A DNA stretch of 56,397 nucleotides from positions 1 through 56,397 of the forward strand of contig CANFTO010000001.1 of NCBI GenBank assembly GCA_947449945.1, written 5' to 3'. The position numbers were made by a program, and so were the translations under genes. Shown piece after piece: positions 36,672 through 45,022 of the stretch; the stretch's first letter is position 1; every line of letters begins with the position of its first letter. The stretch is from Actinomycetota bacterium (GTDB taxonomy: Bacteria > Actinomycetota > Actinomycetes > S36-B12). The notes under the pieces were generated by a model. It was given only the letters and a program-made list of their open reading frames with translations. It was not told where the DNA came from and did not search any database.

Positions 36672-37508
36672 ATGAAATTTGTGACCTTTAAGGCCGATGG
36701 CCAGACTCGTATTGGTGCTTTCGATGGCGTCAGTGTCACTGAACTCAGCAGCCTGCCTGCAGGCGTGACCGATCTACGCGGGCTTCTCACTGCGGTGCCA
36801 CCAGCGGACCTTCCCAAGGTGGAGGCTCATGGAAAGACATGGGATCTCGCGGATGTTGAATTACTTCCAGTCATCCCAAACCCCAACAAGATCATCTGCG
36901 TTGGCGTGAATTACCGATCGCATCGCGAAGAAACTGGCCAAGATCCAAACCTGAAGCCAACAATCTTCACGCGCTTTGCCGACACCCAAATTGCGCACGG
37001 TGCTGTAGTTACGCACCCTTCAGCAACTGACAGCTTTGACTATGAAGGCGAACTTGCAGTCATCATTGGCCGGGATGCTAAGGATGTTGCTGCAGCTGAT
37101 GCGTGGAGCGTTGTTGCGGGATTTGCTCCCTACAACGACCTCACCGCTCGCGATTGGCAGAAGCATTCAACACAGTGGATTCCTGGAAAGAATTTCCCAG
37201 AGACCGGCGCATTTGGCCCGGCAATGGTGACCTTGGATGAAATTGCTGATGTTCCTTCAGTTGAACTCACCACTCGCGTCAATGGTGACGTACGACAGAA
37301 CGCAACCCTTGCCGACATGATCTTCGATATTCCTGCACTCATTGAATACATCACCGGATTCACCCCACTTGCTCCAGGCGATGTGATTGTTTCTGGAACA
37401 CCTGGTGGTGTTGGCAAGTTCATGACTCCACCGACCTACCTCAAGGCAGGCGACGTCGTGGAAATTGAGCTGAGCGGTGTTGGTCTGTTGGTGAACACGA
37501 TCGGCTAG
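36672..37508 (+). CDS. fumarylacetoacetate hydrolase (FAH) family protein
   Basis: MKFVTF...RIGAF N-domain, then NKIICVGVNYRSH, DYEGELAVIIG and GTPGGVG motifs. Confidence 0.85.
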   Translation: MKFVTFKADGQTRIGAFDGVSVTELSSLPAGVTDLRGLLTAVPPADLPKVEAHGKTWDLADVELLPVIPNPNKIICVGVNYRSHREETGQDPNLKPTIFTRFADTQIAHGAVVTHPSATDSFDYEGELAVIIGRDAKDVAAADAWSVVAGFAPYNDLTARDWQKHSTQWIPGKNFPETGAFGPAMVTLDEIADVPSVELTTRVNGDVRQNATLADMIFDIPALIEYITGFTPLAPGDVIVSGTPGGVGKFMTPPTYLKAGDVVEIELSGVGLLVNTIG

Positions 37509-37520
37509 TACGTACTACAC

Positions 37521-37558
37521 GAAGAAGGGCCCTGCAGATATCTGCTGGGCCCTTCTTC
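37521..37558. terminator. bidirectional stem-loop terminator
   Basis: GAAGAAGGGCCC-tGCAGATATCTGCt-GGGCCCTTCTTC, between convergent genes. Confidence 0.55.
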
Positions 37559-37571
37559 TATGCCTGTTGAA

Positions 37572-37979
37572 TTAGCGCACCTTGCGGAAGTACGGCAGGA
37601 ACTTTGTGCCGTCTCCTACTGGAAGCATTTCTGCCTGCACACGATCGCCGATTGCAAGATCGGCAGCGTCAGCTTCATCAACGAGACGCGAGAGCAAACG
37701 GATTCCTTCATCGAGACGAACATCGATGAAGGCGTATGGAGCCTCATCTACAAATGATGGATTTTCCGGACGACGCACGATTGAGAAGGTGTAAATCTCA
37801 CCAGCGCCGGAGAGGTGCTCGTAGATAAAGTTTTCACTCATGCACGTTGGGCACACTGGCTTTGGGTAGTACCAAAGGCGATTGCAATCTTGGCAACGTT
37901 GCGCGCTAAGGATTCCCTTTTCACCATTTGCCCAGTAGTCGCGATCCCAAGGAACGGTCTTTGGTGTTGGCCTAGTCAT
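37572..37979 (-). CDS. Zn-ribbon OB-fold protein (DUF35)
   Basis: CQDCNRLWYYPKPVCPTC zinc ribbon followed by an OB-fold. 8-nt overlap with the upstream thiolase-like gene. I trimmed the start from 37997. Confidence 0.8.
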   Translation of the reverse strand: MTRPTPKTVPWDRDYWANGEKGILSAQRCQDCNRLWYYPKPVCPTCMSENFIYEHLSGAGEIYTFSIVRRPENPSFVDEAPYAFIDVRLDEGIRLLSRLVDEADAADLAIGDRVQAEMLPVGDGTKFLPYFRKVR

Positions 37980-39141
37980 TGAAAGGCTCCTTTCCAAGCA
38001 TCATGCCGCAGGTAATAACAAGGTTGGTTTGGTAGGACATCAAGCCGATACCGCTGACGAAACCGATCTTTGCGTCCTTGATCTGACGAGGACCTGCTTC
38101 ACCGCGAAGCTGGCGAATTGATTCGATCACTGGGATGTAACCACCGCCGAGGCGTGGTTGTCCGATCGAAAGAATGCCACCGCTGGTGTTAATGGGCAGT
38201 GGGCCTTCGAGTGAGAAGTCGTTGTCTTCAACCCACTTGCCACCTTGACCGAGTTCGCAGAACCCAAGATCTTCGATCTGCTTGATGATTGCCATTGGGT
38301 AATCGTCATATAGCTGCATGAAGTCGAGATCTTCGCGCTTGGTCTTCTCGAACAGTTGATCGCGAATGTCAATGAAGCCCGTGAGCAAACGATCTGGTTC
38401 TTGATCCTGTGCACCAGCACTGTGCTTTTCTGCATACGTGCCGATGTAGATAGGAGGCTTGGCCAACTTCTTGGCGTACTCCTCGCTGGTCACGATTACT
38501 GCAATGGCACCAGCACAACGCATTACGCAGTCGAGCTTGCGAATTGGGTCTGCAATCAGTGGTGAATTGATGTAGTCATCAATAGTCATTGGATCGCGAA
38601 GCAATGCGTTGTCATTGAGTGCTGCATGCTTACGGAAGGTAACTGAAACCTTGCCAAGTTGTTCAAGGGTGGTTCCGTAGGTTTCCATGTGCAAGCGCTG
38701 AACCATGCCAAATTGGCTGTTCGGTCCGCCGTAGCCGTAAGGCAGGATGAAACTGCGGTGTGCGTAGTCAATTGGAGGCGAGACTGCATCGTGATGTAGA
38801 TCAGTGAAGTCGGCGCGGTTACCGCCACCAACACACACCACGACATCCGCGCGGCCAGCTTCAATAGCTTCGACAGCACGAGCGATGCTCATCACCGATG
38901 AGGCGCCGCCGTAGTCAGCCTTCATCGTCCAATTCACTGCAAGACCAAGATGCTCTGCCATGTATGAGGAGTCGTCCGGCAAAACGTTCGCACAAAAGAC
39001 GATGCCGTTGATATCGGACTTGGGAATTCCGGTGTCGGCCATGGCCAGGCGAATTGCCTCGGCCATGAACTGAAGGTCAGCCTTCTCTGATTTACGAGAG
39101 AAGGTGGTTTCAGCTGCACCAGCGATCACTGCTCTGGTCAT
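37972..39141 (-). CDS. SCPx-type thiolase-like / lipid-transfer protein (Ltp/IpfD-like)
   Basis: 389 aa. Thiolase fold with an N-terminal AVIAGAAETTF motif and a C-terminal INTSGG motif. It is coupled to DUF35, as in known Ltp-DUF35 systems. Confidence 0.85.
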   Translation of the reverse strand: MTRAVIAGAAETTFSRKSEKADLQFMAEAIRLAMADTGIPKSDINGIVFCANVLPDDSSYMAEHLGLAVNWTMKADYGGASSVMSIARAVEAIEAGRADVVVCVGGGNRADFTDLHHDAVSPPIDYAHRSFILPYGYGGPNSQFGMVQRLHMETYGTTLEQLGKVSVTFRKHAALNDNALLRDPMTIDDYINSPLIADPIRKLDCVMRCAGAIAVIVTSEEYAKKLAKPPIYIGTYAEKHSAGAQDQEPDRLLTGFIDIRDQLFEKTKREDLDFMQLYDDYPMAIIKQIEDLGFCELGQGGKWVEDNDFSLEGPLPINTSGGILSIGQPRLGGGYIPVIESIRQLRGEAGPRQIKDAKIGFVSGIGLMSYQTNLVITCGMMLGKEPFND

Positions 39142-39302
39142 GAATGCTCACCTCGATGGATACGGTTCTGTGCGGTCAACACGGTTGACTCCTTTTATTG
39201 GGCGAAACTGCTGCACACTCAAGTCGCATCACCTGCAACTCGTGCGTAGGGTGGATCTTGGTCGATCGCCTCGTGAGGGGTGCGACCGGTAGCAATATTA
39301 CC

Positions 39303-39344
39303 AGAATAGATTTCTTTGTTCAGAGTATGGAAAAATCTATTTCT
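39303..39344. promoter_or_regulatory. imperfect inverted repeat AGAATAGATTTC-N15-GAAAAATCTATTTCT
   Basis: I read it in the AT-rich part of the 310-bp divergent intergenic region. Confidence 0.3.
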
Positions 39345-39451
39345 GACATTCTGAGTCTACTTTTCAATAAAATCTTGCAGAAAACATCGCCCTATGAAAT
39401 TGTTGAGCTCTGGGGCCTTGGCTCTGGGATTTCGCAACTTTGGAGGCCATC

Positions 39452-40885
39452 ATGACCATCGCTGACTCAACTCGTGCTGACAGCCCAATCCAGCACATTC
39501 GTGCCACCGTGCCGCTAGCGATTGAAGACCTCGAGCGAATTCCCACCAAGCGCTACTACGACCCTGAATTCTTCGAGTGGGAAAAGAATCACCTGTGGAC
39601 CCGCACTTGGCAGATGGCCTGCCGTCTAGAAGAAATCCCCAATGTTGGCGACTTCATGGAATACACCATCATCGATAAGTCGGTGATCGTGGTGCGCGAA
39701 AGCGAGACTGAAGTCAAGGCCTTCCAAAACGTCTGCCCGCACCGCGGTAACACGTTGGTTCGCGGCACGGGAAACGCAAAGAGTGGTTTTGTGTGTGGTT
39801 TCCATGGCTGGTGCTGGAACACCAAAGGTGAAAACACCTTCGTGTACCAGCCGCACCTGTTCAGCGAAGCGCTCATGGACCCTAACAACATTCGCCTTCG
39901 TGAAGTGAAGTCGGAAATCTGGGGCGGCAACGTTTTCATTAACTTTGATCTCAATGCAGCTTCGTTGAAAGAGCGCCTCGACCCGTTCTACACAAACGTT
40001 GGCGAATACAACATTGAACATCAGCGCACCGTGTGGTGGTACGCCGTTGAGGTTCCGGCGAACTGGAAGGTTGGTGTTGAAGCCTTCATGGAGGGGTACC
40101 ACGTTCTCCAAACCCACCCCCAGCTCATGCCAAAGAATTCGCGTCCGGCAACGCAGCAATTCGCAGCAACTCAAGGTGGCGGCAGTTCGCTTGCAGCTCG
40201 CCTTGCCGGTGCAGGTCCAGAAGAAATAGCTAAGGCCACCAATGACTTTTTGACAGTCCTTGGTCATGGTATGGATTCCTGGATTCTTGAGAAAGACCTC
40301 ACCATTGCGGCAGGCATGCGGGCCAATCTTCCTGACAATGTTGAAGAAGCAATTCCGGAATATCGGCGTCAACTCAACGACGCAATTGTTGAATGGAACC
40401 GTTCGCTTGGTATGCCAATTGCAGATCTGAATGCTCTTGAGGCAGCCGGCAATCGCCCAACCGTGAACCCTTCATTCCCGAATTACTTCACCCTGCCTTA
40501 CTTCGGTAACTCAACTTCCTACCGTTTCCGCCCATTGACACCAGACACCATGATTTTCGAAATGCGTTCCATGACGCTTTTCCCAGAGGGTGAAGCACCT
40601 GAGTGTCCAAAGGAACCAACGTGGGTGTCGCTCGATGATCCACGTTGGCCAGCGATTCCAGTTCAAGACTTTGGCAATATTCCGAACATTCAAATTGGTT
40701 TGAAGGCGCCAGGTATGGAATACACAAGCATCTCTCATCAAATTGAAGGTCGCATCAGCCGATTCCATCAATTAATTGATGGGTATCTCGCAGGTGTTGA
40801 TGAAGAAACGTTGACGCGTGCGCACCGTTACACATCGGGACCAATTGACGTGCCAATCGTTGATATTTGGGCTGACGAAAGCTAA
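39452..40885 (+). CDS. Rieske [2Fe-2S] aromatic-ring-hydroxylating oxygenase, alpha subunit
   Basis: CPHRGNTLV...CGFHGW Rieske motif and an NWK..EAFMEGYHV..TH mononuclear-iron region. I chose ATG 39452, which follows TGGAGG; the track TTG start is at 39440. Confidence 0.85.
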   Translation: MTIADSTRADSPIQHIRATVPLAIEDLERIPTKRYYDPEFFEWEKNHLWTRTWQMACRLEEIPNVGDFMEYTIIDKSVIVVRESETEVKAFQNVCPHRGNTLVRGTGNAKSGFVCGFHGWCWNTKGENTFVYQPHLFSEALMDPNNIRLREVKSEIWGGNVFINFDLNAASLKERLDPFYTNVGEYNIEHQRTVWWYAVEVPANWKVGVEAFMEGYHVLQTHPQLMPKNSRPATQQFAATQGGGSSLAARLAGAGPEEIAKATNDFLTVLGHGMDSWILEKDLTIAAGMRANLPDNVEEAIPEYRRQLNDAIVEWNRSLGMPIADLNALEAAGNRPTVNPSFPNYFTLPYFGNSTSYRFRPLTPDTMIFEMRSMTLFPEGEAPECPKEPTWVSLDDPRWPAIPVQDFGNIPNIQIGLKAPGMEYTSISHQIEGRISRFHQLIDGYLAGVDEETLTRAHRYTSGPIDVPIVDIWADES

Positions 40886-40907
40886 GTCGTTTCATAATTT
40901 TGTTCGT

Positions 40908-40928
40908 TACCTTGCAAAAAGCAAGGTA
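40908..40928 (+). other. intercistronic stem-loop TACCTTGC-aaaaa-GCAAGGTA
   Basis: Perfect 8-bp stem between the Rieske gene and the E1-alpha gene, with no U-tract. A strong SD (GGAGGAAG) follows. Confidence 0.3.
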
Positions 40929-40957
40929 CAAGCCGCAAGGCGTGTAGGAGGAAGTGA

Positions 40958-41932
40958 ATGTCGCTGAGTACTCAGCAGTTGGAAGAGGCGTATGCAGAAA
41001 TGTTGCGCATCCGTGGGTTCGAAGAACGTGCCCAAGAGCTCTATGCAAAATTGCATTTCAAAGGTTCAACACACCTTGGCATCGGCCAGGAAGCCGTTGC
41101 TGTGGGCACACGTCTTGGTTTGCAGGACGGTGACCTTGTCGCTCCTACGTACCGTGGGCACGCCTACGCACTTGCTTGGGGAATGACCTCATTCAGCCTG
41201 TTCGCTGAGCTTCTCGGGCGCGAGGCCGGAAGTAATCACGGTCGTGGCGGATCAAAGCACATGGGTAGTGCTGAACTCGGTGTGATTCCAGGAAACGCAA
41301 TCGTTGCTGCGAACCTTCCTATTGCTTGCGGTACCGCGTTGCGCGCCAAGATGGATGGCGATGACGAAGTAACCGTTGTGGTGTTCGGCGATGGTGCAAC
41401 CAACCAAGCTGCCTTCCATGAAGCGATGAACCTCGCCGCGGTGTGGGATCTTCCAGTGATTTTCCTTTGCGAAAACAACCTGTACTCAGAAATGACACCG
41501 ATCAAGGATGCGGTGAAGGTTGATGAGCTGAGCATTCGTGCCTCGGCGTACGGCATGCCAGGTGTGCGCGTTGATGGAATGTCGGTAGGCGCGGTTGCTG
41601 ATGTAGTTTCACAAGCTGCTGCCCGCGCACGCTCAGGTCAAGGTCCAACGTTCATAGAAGCCATGACCTACCGTTACTGCGGTCACATGCCAGGTGACTT
41701 GTGTGATTACCGCACGCGCGAAGAAGAAGCTGAGTGGAAGTCCCGTGACGCAATTGAGGCATGCGAGACACTCCTCATTGCTGCAGGGAAGACACCAGCG
41801 GAAACTGCAGCAATTCGCGCACAAGTTGAGGCAGACCTCAATACCGCAGAAGCTGAAGCACTTGCTTCACCACTACCTGACCCTTCGACGATTAACCGCG
41901 GCGCTGCTGCATGGATGGAGACCTCACGATGA
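40958..41932 (+). CDS. TPP-dependent 2-oxoacid (pyruvate/acetoin/BCKA-type) dehydrogenase E1 alpha subunit
   Basis: MLRIRGFEER, GQEAVAVG, and FGDGATNQAAFHEAMNLAAVWDLPVIFLCENN (TPP motif). Confidence 0.9.
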   Translation: MSLSTQQLEEAYAEMLRIRGFEERAQELYAKLHFKGSTHLGIGQEAVAVGTRLGLQDGDLVAPTYRGHAYALAWGMTSFSLFAELLGREAGSNHGRGGSKHMGSAELGVIPGNAIVAANLPIACGTALRAKMDGDDEVTVVVFGDGATNQAAFHEAMNLAAVWDLPVIFLCENNLYSEMTPIKDAVKVDELSIRASAYGMPGVRVDGMSVGAVADVVSQAAARARSGQGPTFIEAMTYRYCGHMPGDLCDYRTREEEAEWKSRDAIEACETLLIAAGKTPAETAAIRAQVEADLNTAEAEALASPLPDPSTINRGAAAWMETSR

Positions 41933-42915
41933 GCGCGCGCGAACTTCCGTACCGCGAGGCAATCCGCGAAGCAATTCAAATTGAAATGCAACGCGATCCA
42001 GATGTATTCATCATGGGTGAAGACATTGGAAGCTACGGCGGCATCTACAAGGTGACCAAGGGGCTCTACGAAGAATTCGGCCCTGAGCGAGTGATGGATA
42101 CGCCGATTTCTGAGGCTGGCTTTGTCGGTGCTGCGATTGGTGCAGCAATGGTAGGCAAGCGTCCGATTGTTGAGTTGATGTTCATGGACTTCTCACTCGT
42201 AGCTGCTGATCAGATTCTTAACCAAGCTGGCAAGCAGCGCTTCATGAGTGGTGACGACTTCCGTGTCCCAATGACCATCCGTACCCAGCAGGGTGCAGGT
42301 GGCGGTGTAGGTGCACAACACGGTCAGTCACTCGAGGCATTGTTTATGCACATTCCTGGATTCGCGATCGCACTTCCTTCAACTGCCGCTGACGCAAAGG
42401 GCTTGATGGCGACTGCTATTCGCATGGACGATCCAACGATGTTTATTGAGCACAAGACGCTCTACGCAGAAAAGGATCCCGTACCAGAAGGTGAGTACCT
42501 GATTCCATTTGGTAAGGCTGCAATCCGTACAGAAGGATCAGACATCACGTTGATTTCTTACAGCGCTTCAATGCTGCCAACACTTAAGGCAGCTGAACTG
42601 TTAAAGACAAACCATGGGATCAACGCTGAGGTCATCGACCTTCGCACGATCGTTCCTGTTGATTGGGCAACCTTGACTGCATCGGTGATGAAGACTGGTC
42701 ACGGCATCGTGATCCACGAAGCTCACCGCCGTGGCGGTGTTGGCGCAGAAATTGCAGCAGAACTCACCCAGCGCACATGGGGCACTTTGGCTGCACCAAT
42801 CGCTCGTATCGGTGGCTTGGATATTCCAATCCCGTTCTCCCCTTCACTGGAAGCGGTTTGGCACATTCAGCCAGAAGACATCGTGAACACTGCTCTTCGT
42901 ACGTTGAAGAAGTAA
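41929..42915 (+). CDS. 2-oxoacid dehydrogenase E1 beta subunit
   Basis: YREAIREAI..EM.RD..VFIMGEDIG..GG and DTPISEAGFVG motifs. ATGA overlap with alpha. Confidence 0.9.
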   Translation: MSARELPYREAIREAIQIEMQRDPDVFIMGEDIGSYGGIYKVTKGLYEEFGPERVMDTPISEAGFVGAAIGAAMVGKRPIVELMFMDFSLVAADQILNQAGKQRFMSGDDFRVPMTIRTQQGAGGGVGAQHGQSLEALFMHIPGFAIALPSTAADAKGLMATAIRMDDPTMFIEHKTLYAEKDPVPEGEYLIPFGKAAIRTEGSDITLISYSASMLPTLKAAELLKTNHGINAEVIDLRTIVPVDWATLTASVMKTGHGIVIHEAHRRGGVGAEIAAELTQRTWGTLAAPIARIGGLDIPIPFSPSLEAVWHIQPEDIVNTALRTLKK

Positions 42916-42942
42916 TTCCTCACCTTTTCGAGAACAAGAGAC

Positions 42943-44571
42943 ATGTCAAATATCAGCAACGGTTGGGCTACTGGCACCCGCGATTGCGTCACGGATGCAT
43001 TTGCGCGTTCTGTTGCAACAGTTCCTGATTCAGTGTTCCTTGATTTCTCTGGTGAGAGCTACACCTATGCGCACTTTGATCGCCTGAGCTCACACCTAGC
43101 TTCATCTTTCTTGAAGCTAGGTGTGCAGCCGGGCGATCGAGTCGCTTCAATGCTCGATAACAGTGTGCAAGCGGTCGCCACATGGATTGCTGCAAACAAA
43201 ATCGGCGCGATCTGGGTGCCTATTAATACGGCAAATAAAGGTGAGTTTCTTCGTCACCCACTGGCTGACTGTGGAGCAAAGCTCGTCGTTGTTGATGCTC
43301 AATATTTTGAGCGCATAGCGATGGTTGCCGATGGGGTTCCAGCAATCGAACTTGTGTTGGTGAATGGCGAGCAGTCGGCAGCCGTCACAACGCCATTCGC
43401 AGTGCAAGCGCTGAGAGTTCACTGGGGCGAATCGGCGACCGTTGAGGTCGTGGCAAATTCTCCGTCGGATATCGGCGCCTTGATGTACACCTCGGGCACC
43501 ACTGGACCATCTAAAGCCTGCATGATGAGTCACAACTACTTGTGCAATATTGCGCGGGCTGGTTCAAATTTGGTCGCTCTTGAACCACATGACATTGTGT
43601 GGACACCACTTCCGTTGTTTCACACCAGCGGTTTGCAAGCAATTCTTGGCGCAATCATTGTTGGCGGAAAAGTATCGATTTCGCTGAAGTTCTCAGCCTC
43701 TAACTTCTGGTCAGAAATTGAAACATCTGGTGCGACAGTTGCCAAAATCATGGCTTCGATGGTGCCAATCCTTATCTCTGCACCAGATGACGATGCTATG
43801 AAGCGCACATTTGGCCAGGTCCGAGCTGTTGTTGGGAATCCATTCACTCCGGCACAAAAACAAGCCTTTTACGACCGCTTTGGGGTGAAATACATCGCGA
43901 ATAATCAGTACGGATCAACAGAGGTGTACTGCGGAACAAGCGTGCCTTACTTATCTGAGACCCCACAAGGATCAGCTGGTAAGCGCAATGATGATTTCGA
44001 TGTGATTGTGCTTGATGACAACGATTGTGAAGTCCCGTACGGAACGCCTGGTGAACTTTGCTTCCGTCCAAGTAAGCCTGATGTGATGTTCTCCGGATAC
44101 TGGCAGCAGCCTGAAAAGTCAGCAGAAGTGTGGCGCAACTTGTGGATGCACACCGGTGACATGGTGAGAATGGATGAAGCGGGATATATCTATTTCACCG
44201 ATCGCAAGAAGGATTACATGCGCAAGGGCGGAGAGAACATCTCTGGCTTCGAAATGGAAAAAACTTTCATGGTGCATGAAGCCATTGGCGAGGTTTCTGT
44301 ACATGCACTCCCAAGTGAACTTGGCGAAGATGACATCAAGGTTGTTGTCGTTCTGACTGAAGGTACTTCATTGACACCAGAAGAACTTTGGCATTGGAGC
44401 CGTGAGCGGGTGCCTTCCTTCGCGACTCCTCGCTACATCGAGTTCCGCAAAGAACTTCCCAAGAATGGCGTTGGCCGTGTACTGAAGTACCAGTTGCGCG
44501 ATGAAGGAGTGACTCCAGCAACGTGGGATGTTCAAACAACAGATTTAGTCAAGAAGCGAGTGAGTAAGTAG
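42943..44571 (+). CDS. AMP-binding acyl-CoA synthetase / ligase
   Basis: YTSGTTGPSK AMP-binding motif, GE and TGD motifs, and a C-terminal PKNGVGRVLK. Confidence 0.9.
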   Translation: MSNISNGWATGTRDCVTDAFARSVATVPDSVFLDFSGESYTYAHFDRLSSHLASSFLKLGVQPGDRVASMLDNSVQAVATWIAANKIGAIWVPINTANKGEFLRHPLADCGAKLVVVDAQYFERIAMVADGVPAIELVLVNGEQSAAVTTPFAVQALRVHWGESATVEVVANSPSDIGALMYTSGTTGPSKACMMSHNYLCNIARAGSNLVALEPHDIVWTPLPLFHTSGLQAILGAIIVGGKVSISLKFSASNFWSEIETSGATVAKIMASMVPILISAPDDDAMKRTFGQVRAVVGNPFTPAQKQAFYDRFGVKYIANNQYGSTEVYCGTSVPYLSETPQGSAGKRNDDFDVIVLDDNDCEVPYGTPGELCFRPSKPDVMFSGYWQQPEKSAEVWRNLWMHTGDMVRMDEAGYIYFTDRKKDYMRKGGENISGFEMEKTFMVHEAIGEVSVHALPSELGEDDIKVVVVLTEGTSLTPEELWHWSRERVPSFATPRYIEFRKELPKNGVGRVLKYQLRDEGVTPATWDVQTTDLVKKRVSK

Positions 44572-44603
44572 TACGTAATCCAACCTTGAAAGGGATGTGC
44601 GAG

Positions 44604-44939
44604 ATGAGCAAGAGCATGTTGTTAGTTCTGACGAATCCAGTTCCTGGCAAGGAAGCAGCGTTTGAGGCGTGGTACGAGCAGCAGCATGTACCGGAAGTGC
44701 TGGATATCCCAGGTTATGTCGCTGCGTCGCGATGGAAGAAGAGCCACTTGGTTTGGCCTAGCGGCCGCCCATCAGTTGATCAGTCGCGAGCAGCGCTCTA
44801 CACCGTGGAGGGAGACCTAGAAACTGCCATCAATGCGCTGACGAGTCGGGTAGCTGATGGCACCATCGTGCTTCCGGATTGCATTGATATTGAATCCATT
44901 GGAATTACCCCTTATGAATTCATCAGTGAGACTGACTAA
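44604..44939 (+). CDS. small dimeric alpha/beta-barrel-like protein (DUF4286/EthD-like)
   Basis: AFEAWYEQQHVPEVLDIPGYVAASRW pattern. This is from memory only. Confidence 0.4.
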   Translation: MSKSMLLVLTNPVPGKEAAFEAWYEQQHVPEVLDIPGYVAASRWKKSHLVWPSGRPSVDQSRAALYTVEGDLETAINALTSRVADGTIVLPDCIDIESIGITPYEFISETD

Positions 44940-45022
44940 TTGCTGAATCGCGCGCTGATCTGTGAAGCGTGCTGGTAGAAATAGTCACTGCTGACGACTG
45001 GGTCAGGTAAATGAGGGAAGTT

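Noticed and set aside
39175-39200. GTCAAC-acg-GTTGAC followed by a T-rich run, considered as an intrinsic terminator.
   Set aside because: No plus-strand gene ends upstream of it. It lies in the promoter/leader region of the minus-strand thiolase operon, so an operator is more plausible. It is discussed under the 39142..39451 finding.
39626-40372. 248-aa ORF antisense to the Rieske oxygenase gene. Similar antisense ORFs are at 52261..52836, 28919..29386 and 54313..54723.
   Set aside because: All lie fully inside genes with strong family motifs on the other strand, and none shows a recognisable motif of its own.
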